Positions 23,412-31,400 of a stretch of DNA of 32,000 bases are shown piece by piece. The notes under the pieces were generated by a model. It was not told the origin of the DNA, ran no database searches, and worked only from the letters and a program-made list of their open reading frames with translations. How positions within the stretch are numbered: position 1 is the first letter of the stretch; each line of letters starts with the position of its first letter. Origin of the DNA: Candidatus Omnitrophota bacterium. Its GTDB lineage: Bacteria; Omnitrophota; Gorgyraeia; Zapsychrales; JANLHA01. A program made the translations under genes and the position numbers. The DNA lies in assembly GCA_963662715.1 (NCBI GenBank), contig OY759724.1, positions 3,270,001 through 3,302,000 of the forward strand. Direction: 5' to 3'.

Positions 23412-23487
23412 CTCTCCTCCTTTCCGTGAAACCGGGATCATATCTAAGTCCTCCCCATTTTTTGTGGGGGTGGGCAACCTACAAACG

Positions 23488-23548
23488 CGGAGAGGGGGAA
23501 TCCTTCCGAGCGAGTTCCGCAGTCAGATGTTTACTTTCATTCCAGGAG
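23488..23548. repeat. Left arm of a long imperfect inverted repeat interrupted by the IS256-family element
   Basis: It pairs with 24888-24943 (see finding). Confidence 0.7.
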
Positions 23549-24887
23549 GGTAGTGCAACGAATTTTTCGCACATTTAAAGGAACAAAAAAGTCCTCAAAC
23601 TGCTGCGAGTTCCGGGAGCAGCCGCTGCTTGCGTAAGTAATCCATGTTCAAATACTTTTTTTGACTCCAGTATGTTCCTGCAATATGGCGTAACCGTCCG
23701 GAAGCTAACATTAATGCTGATTCCCCATCTGGAAAACATCCCACAACCCGCGTTCTTCTTCGTATCTCTCTGATAATCCGCTCCATTGGATTATTCGTTC
23801 GAATCCGTATCCAATGTTCTACCGGGAAGTCCATGTATGTTAAAGTCTCACCAATGCCTTCATTAACACATTCGGCGGCTTTATTTAACTTCATCTCTTT
23901 GAGTTTTTGATAAATCGCCTGGGCTTTGTTAAAGGCGGCTGACGAACATTCTTGGGCATGAATAGCTTTTAGCATGGTGGCAACCGTCTTAATTTTTCCG
24001 TTTGGCACATAACGGAAAACATTTCTGTAGAAATGAACCATACATCTTTGCCATTTAGCCATGGGATATATTTCTTCTGCGGCATTGAGCAATCCCAGAC
24101 ATTTATCGGTGATCAATAATTGAATCCGGTTAAGTCCTCGTTGCTTTAAATGTCTCATCAACGCTTGCCATCCCGTCTTGTCTTCCCGGGCCCCCTCTAT
24201 AATCCCGATGATCTTTCGATATCCATGCCAATCAACTCCTATGGCAATTAAGACGGATACATTGCTGACTTCACCACCCCAGCTCCGCTTTAAGCTAATC
24301 CCATCCATATAAACATACGGATATTCTTCATCTAAAGGCTCATGTCTCCATTGATTGATCCGTTCATAGATCTTCTTGTTTACTCGGCTGACTGTGCTAG
24401 CCGATACTTTTGATCCCCATAATGCTTCAGTTATATCTTCAACTCGTCTTACCGACACTCCTGCTAAATACATCTCCATCATCGCTTCTTCTACTGATAT
24501 CTCTCGTCGTTTATATCGTTCAACTATGGCTGTCTCAAACGGTAATTTTCTTAGCTTCGGCATTCTTAATTTTACTTTTCCTACTCGTGTCTGCAATTGC
24601 CGCTCATAATAGCCCGCCCGTGTGTCCTTCCGGGCTTCTGTGCGTTGATATCTCTCGGCTCCAACCAAGTGATCGGCTTCTGCATTCAATAAATTATTCA
24701 ATGTCTCTTCCACGCTGCCCCGAATCTTCTCATCAAGTTTTTCTTGGATTTTTTCTTCATTAACTGTAATAATAGTATTGTTCATTGAGTCCTCCTTTTT
24801 GGTTAGGTTTGGTTGCCTAGTTATTATACCAATTGGAGGACTTTTTTTGTCCCTTCTGCAAATGTGCGAAAAATATTATACGTTATC
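23549..24887 (-). mobile_element. IS256-family insertion sequence (about 1.34 kb) with imperfect terminal inverted repeats and a 7-8 bp target duplication
   Basis: The left end is GGTAGTGCAACGAATTTTTCGCACATTT... and the reverse complement of the right end is GATAACGTATAATATTTTTCGCACATTT..., sharing a 15/15 core ATTTTTCGCACATTT. Further matches run inward to ...CAAAAAAGTCCT. The flanking direct repeat is (T/C)CCAGGAG at 23541-23548 and 24887-24894. Confidence 0.8.
23595..24785 (-). CDS. IS256-family (mutator-type) DDE transposase
   Basis: The 396-aa ORF has LNNLLNAEADHLVGAERYQRTEARKDTRAGYYERQLQTRVGKVKLRMPKLR, the characteristic IS256/Transposase_mut N-terminus. The ORF appears intact. Confidence 0.95.
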   Translation of the reverse strand: MNNTIITVNEEKIQEKLDEKIRGSVEETLNNLLNAEADHLVGAERYQRTEARKDTRAGYYERQLQTRVGKVKLRMPKLRKLPFETAIVERYKRREISVEEAMMEMYLAGVSVRRVEDITEALWGSKVSASTVSRVNKKIYERINQWRHEPLDEEYPYVYMDGISLKRSWGGEVSNVSVLIAIGVDWHGYRKIIGIIEGAREDKTGWQALMRHLKQRGLNRIQLLITDKCLGLLNAAEEIYPMAKWQRCMVHFYRNVFRYVPNGKIKTVATMLKAIHAQECSSAAFNKAQAIYQKLKEMKLNKAAECVNEGIGETLTYMDFPVEHWIRIRTNNPMERIIREIRRRTRVVGCFPDGESALMLASGRLRHIAGTYWSQKKYLNMDYLRKQRLLPELAAV

Positions 24888-24943
24888 CCAGGAGAAACAT
24901 CTGTTGCGAGGACTGTCTGAGCGAAAAGGGTTCTCCCTCTCCG
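24888..24943. repeat. Right arm of the inverted repeat interrupted by the IS256-family element
   Basis: It pairs with 23488-23548. Confidence 0.7.
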
Positions 24944-25010
24944 TGGAAAGCTAATTTATTTGCCCTGTCCCTTTTTGGGGACTGGCACTTTCATTCTTTC
25001 ATTTAACTGT

Positions 25011-25472
25011 TTACAGAAGGAATAAACATACAATCAATGACAAAATATAGAATGTTAGGGAGACAATAAGAACAAAAAGAATATAAAAAATACTTCTAGA
25101 AATATTTTTAGCGAAAAATGATAACGTATTTAAAGGAATTAAAAACAGTATACAACCTACCCCCCCTAATAATGCACCTTCTAAATGAGAAAAAGATATC
25201 AATCTACTACTTAAAGCCCCTAGAATAAATCCAACTACGGAACCCAACAATAATCTTTTAAGTATAAATTTAAAATAGCTATTCTTATCAGTTTCTAACA
25301 TTTCACTTAAATTATGACTTAATACAATCCCTACGCCTAAAATAACAAAAAATAAAATTTCACTAATATCTTTTCCAATAAATAAGATTGAATAGATACC
25401 CCCCAAAATAATAGCAAGGAGAATTAGTCGAAAATTAACGAATAAAAGATCTTTAAAAGATTTAATACTCAT
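25011..25472 (-). CDS. Multi-pass membrane protein (153 aa, about 5 TM); putative immunity protein for the upstream Rhs C-terminal tip
   Basis: It starts 13 nt after the Rhs stop, with a GGAGAT SD overlapping that stop. It is very AT-rich, like the Rhs tip. Position and composition fit a toxin-tip/immunity cassette, but there is no sequence-level family call. Confidence 0.6.
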   Translation of the reverse strand: MSIKSFKDLLFVNFRLILLAIILGGIYSILFIGKDISEILFFVILGVGIVLSHNLSEMLETDKNSYFKFILKRLLLGSVVGFILGALSSRLISFSHLEGALLGGVGCILFLIPLNTLSFFAKNISRSIFYILFVLIVSLTFYILSLIVCLFLL

Positions 25473-25484
25473 ATACCATATCTC

Positions 25485-28400
25485 CTATTTTGGACAAATT
25501 TTATTTAATTCTTCCTTCGCCCTATTGTACTCCTCATTTCCAATTTCACCGAGATCATCCCAAGGCAGATTTGGATTAATTTCTTTTAACTCCTCAAGCA
25601 ATAAATCACCCTCTTCTTTTGACTTATCTAACATCTCATTTAATTCTTTTAAATCTTGAGAAGTCAATTCACCTTTGTCGTAAATTTCTTTTGTTCTTTC
25701 TTCTCGCTTTTGAATATTTTTAATATCTTTTAATGTAAGTTTATCAGCGATAGCTTCAGCCATTGCGTTTCTAGTTTTTTCACTTATTTTAGGTAATTTA
25801 GATTTAATTTGGTCAGAAATTTTATTCCTTGCAATTCTCCATACTGGATTGGACTTCATCGGACCTCTAGGTACTAATCCAAAAGAATCAATCAAGTTAA
25901 CTGGATCATCCAAAGCGTAAACATATAGATCCGCATCCCCATCGGCAAAGCCAATCGGGTCTTTGGCAGTCCAACGGCCGGTCTCGGGCGAATAATCTCT
26001 CATCCCAAAGCGAACGAGGCCAGTATCCCGGTCATGCAAACCCCCTGCGAACCCGAAAGGCACCTCAAAGGACGGGTCAGAATCAGCAATGATGTTGCCG
26101 AATGAATCATAGTCGATCTGCTTGATGATGGTTCCGGTTGAATCCGCAACAGCCCGCAAAGAGCCGACCTGGTCATACGTCAGGTAATACGTGGTCCCTG
26201 ACTTGTTCATGCTAAGCGGCATGCGGCTGTCAGCATATTCAAACCGCATCAGGAGATTATCCGAGCCATCATAAATAGCGAGTAATCGCGTTAACCCAAG
26301 CCATAAATACTTCTCGGTAATACTTCCATTGACTACCTTGGCGATCCGCCGGCCTAAAGGATCATGTTGATAGGTGATGATATCGCCTGAAGGCAAGTCG
26401 ACCTGCAGCAGTTCCCCTCTCGAAGAATAATCATAAGATGTTGTATCCGCGCCATCAACCTTATTCCACAGGAAACCATCCTGATCATACTGATAGGTCG
26501 CTGTTCCTACGCTTAAGAGCTGATCCTCAGTATTATATGATAAAGAACGTCCCGCAATCCCCCTTAAACTGTTCATCTCATACGTCCGCACTCCCAGGGG
26601 ATCAGTATCATTATAGCGGTATTCCTCTACCAGCACACCATCTTTTTCCACATGCGTCAACCGCCCCACCTCATCGTAAGTGTAAACATAATTTACGTTT
26701 ACCCCAGCTACCGATTCCGACTTGGTCGCGATCTGTCCGTTATTATCATGCGTCAGCGTCCAGGACGAAACGGCTGTCCCGCTCACCGACGACGCCTGAC
26801 TGGCCACTTCCCCGTAACCGTTAAAGGTGCGCACCGTATCAAATGTCCCGTTGCCCACCCCCTCCGGCAGACCGTTCGACGCATTATTCGTAATAATAAA
26901 GCCCGAAGCCTGCGTGAGGAGCCCGTCATCATCGTAGATGTAATTGCTCGTCCCCCCGGCATAGGTGAAAGCGGTGAGGTTGAAATCATCGTTGTAAGTG
27001 TAAGACAAGGTTTGACTGACCGTTCCCAATAAAGTCTGGGAGGTGAGCAGGTCCCCGTCATAACCATAGAAGATCTGCTCCCCGCCTTTAGAGGTGGACT
27101 GCACCTGGCCCGATGCCAGGTAGCTCAGACTCACATGGCCTTCCGGGGTCTGAATCTCAGTGAGCTGCCCGCCGGTGTAAACATTCACGATCTGCGCGCC
27201 GGAAGGATAGGTGGTCTGCGTGAGCCGCCGGTCCCGGTCATACGTATAGGTCGTGGAACCGGAAAGCGGCGGGTCGTATTCTTCCGCGAGGTTAACGTTA
27301 TTATATTGAAAACCATGGTCAATGCCTGACGGGTTGGTCAGCACCGTCATATTGCCGTTGTTGTCATAATCATAATACAGGTCGGTACCGTCCGGCCGGT
27401 GCACCGCTGTGGTGCGGCCCAAGGCGTCGTACTCAAAGGTGGTCAGATGGTTTTCCGGGTCAAGGATCGAATAGACGTTGCCGTCAGCGTCATACTCAAA
27501 TCTTGTCTGGCGCGTCCCGGTCTGCACGGTTTCAACCCGGCCCCGGGTATCATAGGTGTAACTTGTATCTAACAGCCCCGGCACGCTCACGCTACTGGTC
27601 AGCAAAGTTGCCGGATCATACGTGGTTGTCACCACCCGGCCTTCCGGGGACGTGGCCGTGCTCTGAGACGTTAACAGATCCTGCACCACGGCTGTCGTCT
27701 TTCCGTTGAGGGAAGCCGTGCGGGTAATACGGTCGGTATCCCCATCGGAATTCGTATCTTCATAGAGCCGGTTATAAACCATCTGGGCGGTTAGCCCGGC
27801 CGGGGTGACGGTCGTTGCCTGCCGCGTATATTTAAAGCGGTATTTGGGATCATAATCTATAATATATTCCCGCTCGGTTTCATTCGGCTGGGTGACCTGG
27901 GTCGTGAAGCCGTCGGATGACCGGAAATACACCGTGGAATTCGTACTGGATGACGTGGTCACGGTGGTCTGCGCCCCGCCGGCAACCTCCTGGTCAAGAT
28001 AGGTTGTGGCATAGCCTTCAACCGTGGTCACTCCTGATTCCACATCACCGCTGACCAAAACCTGCCGGGTAAAAGGATTCTGCTTTCCGGCCTGGTCTTC
28101 AGTGGTGTTTATCCGGCCGTCAGCATTAAACGTGTGAATAAAGAAATTGCCGTTAGGTTCGGTTTCCTGAGTCATCAAGCCGTTGTTGTACAAGAAATGA
28201 TACGCTGTCGCATCCGGGTAGCTGATCTGGCTGAGCAGATAGCTGCTCGGGTTAACAGCCAGTTCTGTCCGTATGCCGTCCGGAGAAATAATGGCCGTCG
28301 GCACCCCTCCGGCGGTGCGTTCGACCGTGACCTGATTGCCGAACCTATCGGTCACTGAAACCAGCCGGTCGCTGGCATCATAATTAAAAGTTTCCAAGAC

Positions 28401-31400
28401 CATACCTGTATTCAGGTCCACCGTCTCTTTATGCCGGCCGTCGGCATAAAAAATATACCCCACGCCTTCTTCAATAAACTGATTATCGGTCGGGTCGGAA
28501 GAAAGGGCAAACGCCGTGCTTTGTGAAGCTTCGACCTTGCGGACGCGCTTATTGTACCAGTCAGCGATATACACGCTGCCGCCGTCATCCACCGCCACGT
28601 CCTGGGCATAACTTATCTGGGCTTCGTTCGCCGGGCCGCCGTCCCCGCTGAACCCGCTCAGCCCGGTGCCGGTTATGGTCGTGATGATCCCGTTGGTATC
28701 GACTTTACGGACCACGGAAAAGTAAAGTTCGCCGATATACAAATTTCCGTTGGTGTCCATAGCCAGACCGTTTGGATTCGGCAAGCCTGCGCTGGTGGCC
28801 GGGCCGCCGTCCCCGCTGGGTTCTATGATATCCCCGCCCTGCCAGATTTTTCCGGCCACGGTTGTGATAATACCGCTGGCCGCATCGACTTTACGGACCC
28901 GGCTGTAATCCGCGATATAAAAATTGTCCGAACTGTCTACGATGACGTTTTTGGCATTGGTCAGAATAACGGACGCGGCCGGGTCTCCGTCATCATAATA
29001 AGGAAGGCCTCCTCCGGCAACAGTGGTGATGATCCCGCTGGTATCGACTTTTCTTATCCGCAGGTTCCCTGAATCAGCGATATAAAGATTGCCCGCGCTG
29101 TCCACGGCAATGCCGGAAGGGGCATTGAGCTTCGCAGATGTGGCCGGGCCGTTATCCCCGCTGAACCCGACACTCCCGTTACCGGCTACAGTGGTGATAA
29201 TCCCGCCGGTGTCGATCTTACGGATACAATTGTTCCCATTATCCGCGAAGTAAATGTTGCCCGTATTGTCCACGGTCAACCTGCGGGGATTGTTCAAACC
29301 GGCAGAGGTCGCCGGGCCGCCGTCCCCGGTGTAATCCGCGCTGCCGTTACCGGCAACATGGTAAATATATCCGTCCGGTTCGACTCTGAAAATACGGTTG
29401 GAATAATATAAGGCAATATAGAAATTACCGGAACTGTCCGTGGCCAGACCGGAGATATGGCTCATATCCCTGTTTACCGCCAGCGGATCTGCCCCGTTGC
29501 CGTTACCCGGATCCCCAGTCCCGGCAACCGTCGTGATAATCGTGCTCCCGGACTCAAGCTGACGGCCGTTGCCTTTATTGAGGATCCTCGTATCTTTAGG
29601 AGTAATGAACAGGTGATGGTGGTTGGATAAAGTCCAGCCTTCGGCAAGTTTGCTCGGTAAAGCGGCTATGTTATAAAGGGTCTGCATCTCCTCTGTCCAG
29701 GAGATGATTTCATTCCGGGCCGGAACTTCGGTGACGGTTGTGCCCGGAGTGCCGAAGGACGGCATGGTCGGGGTTGAGCCGAAACCGTAATAGATCGCGT
29801 CATACACAAAACCGACACGGATCGAAGCGGTCGGGGCCAAGACTCTTTGCCCTAAATAATCCAAACCGTCCCAGGAAAACACCGCCTGCTGGTCCGGCAA
29901 GGCCGGAAGCGTCTGTTCAAATAAACGTCCGCCCACTTCAACCTGGACAATAATTTCTTTTAAACTGGCCGGCACGGTGGAACCGCTGGCCGGAACGGTA
30001 ATGACCGTGTGATACCCGCCCGTGCGGCTGGTGGCATAATGCAGGGTCAGGCCGGTCCCGGCAACAGGGATATCTTCATGATAAACCCGGCTGCGGCAAG
30101 AGACGTAAGAATCTTCAGAAACATCGCTTCTAACGGCATGAGCTTTACATTGATCTGTCTGCTGTTCGACATTAGAGCTTTTTCCGGAATTCGGGTCAGT
30201 CGAACCTTCCGGAGGGCCGGACGGATAATTGCAGTCCCAGGCCGAAAAATGAGGCACCTCAACCCGCCAGTATGTATCGCCGGGTGTGTATTCAGATGGG
30301 TCATCAAGTCCCGCAACTTCATCCGCATAATCTCCGTCACTGTCCAGATCATCCGGAAGAAAATCGCCGTCCATATCCAGGCTGTCAACAATACCGTCGC
30401 TGTTATCATCCAGCAGGGTCACCACCCTGCCGTTTTCTGAAGCGATCCATTCCGCCTGGTCCGGGTCGTAATATCCGACCGGAACAATTTCCCCCACGTC
30501 AAACCCTAAAAAGTTATCGATCCAGGTGATAACCGGGTTCTCAAACCGCACGTTGGCAACACCGTCCACGCTCAATTCCACACAATACGTGTAGGATGTG
30601 GTCGGCGGCAGGATCGCGGGCATGGATTCCGGGGTTTTAAACTCCGTGGCCCGGATGGTCATCGTCGAAAGAGCGAAAAGGTCATCGCCGTTTTCATCAA
30701 CGGCAAAAGCCTGATTGTCGCCGGTCATCACCACAGTGGCTTTACGGGTGCCGAACGTGTCGGTCACCGGGCTGCTTTCATGCAGCAACACGGTTTGTGC
30801 ATTGCCGTCCAGGGTAAGTGTCGTGGCTTTTTGGTCTTCGGCTAATAATACCGGGGTTTCAACAATAACCACATCGTTGATAGGCACCTCGACTTTACGG
30901 TACGCGGTTATCAGCCCCTGCTTTTGAAAAATCACGTTAAGAGTTGCGTCGCCTTCAACCGGCAGAGAATATTCGCCGCTGGTGTCGGTCTGTACTGTGC
31001 CGTATTCCGGATGACCGTCAATTGTGACCAGGACATCAGGAACAGGGTCGTCATAAATATCCAGCACCTGGCCTCTTATCACGGCAAAAGTATCCGGATC
31101 GTATTCTGCGATAGTGGCATCGTCCGGGACAAGCTGTTCATATTGCTGGCCGTAAGCCCCGTCCGGCTGAGAAGCAGGTTCCGACTGCACGGAAACCAGC
31201 ACCTGCGCGCTGGCCGAGCCGTTAGGCCCGGTGGCCGTGACAGTATACGTTGTCGTATGCTGGGGCGTCACTTCGAGTGTTCCGCTCACCCCGACAGCCC
31301 CCATATCCTGATCCATATACACGTCATAAGCATCTGTTGACGTCCAGGAAAGGGTTGTGGATTCTCCGGCCTGAATCACCGCCGGGTTGGCGGAAATTTC

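Noticed and set aside
23488-24943. The inverted repeats flanking the IS256 copy, read as the ends of a larger composite transposon.
   Set aside because: The arms directly abut the IS target duplication and carry no cargo between themselves and the IS. Once the IS is removed they collapse into a single hairpin. An insertion into a pre-existing palindrome explains this better.
24983-24997. A plus-strand TGGCAC-N5-TTCT that resembles a sigma-54 -24 element.
   Set aside because: The -12 element lacks the GC dinucleotide (TTCT rather than TTGC). There is also no plus-strand gene downstream, because the next genes are on the minus strand.
28530-29550. Regularly spaced DNA repeats of about 165 nt that could superficially look like a repeat array.
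   Set aside because: They are in frame within the Rhs ORF and encode six NHL blades. The units are divergent and contiguous, without short identical repeats separated by unique spacers, so this is not a CRISPR array.
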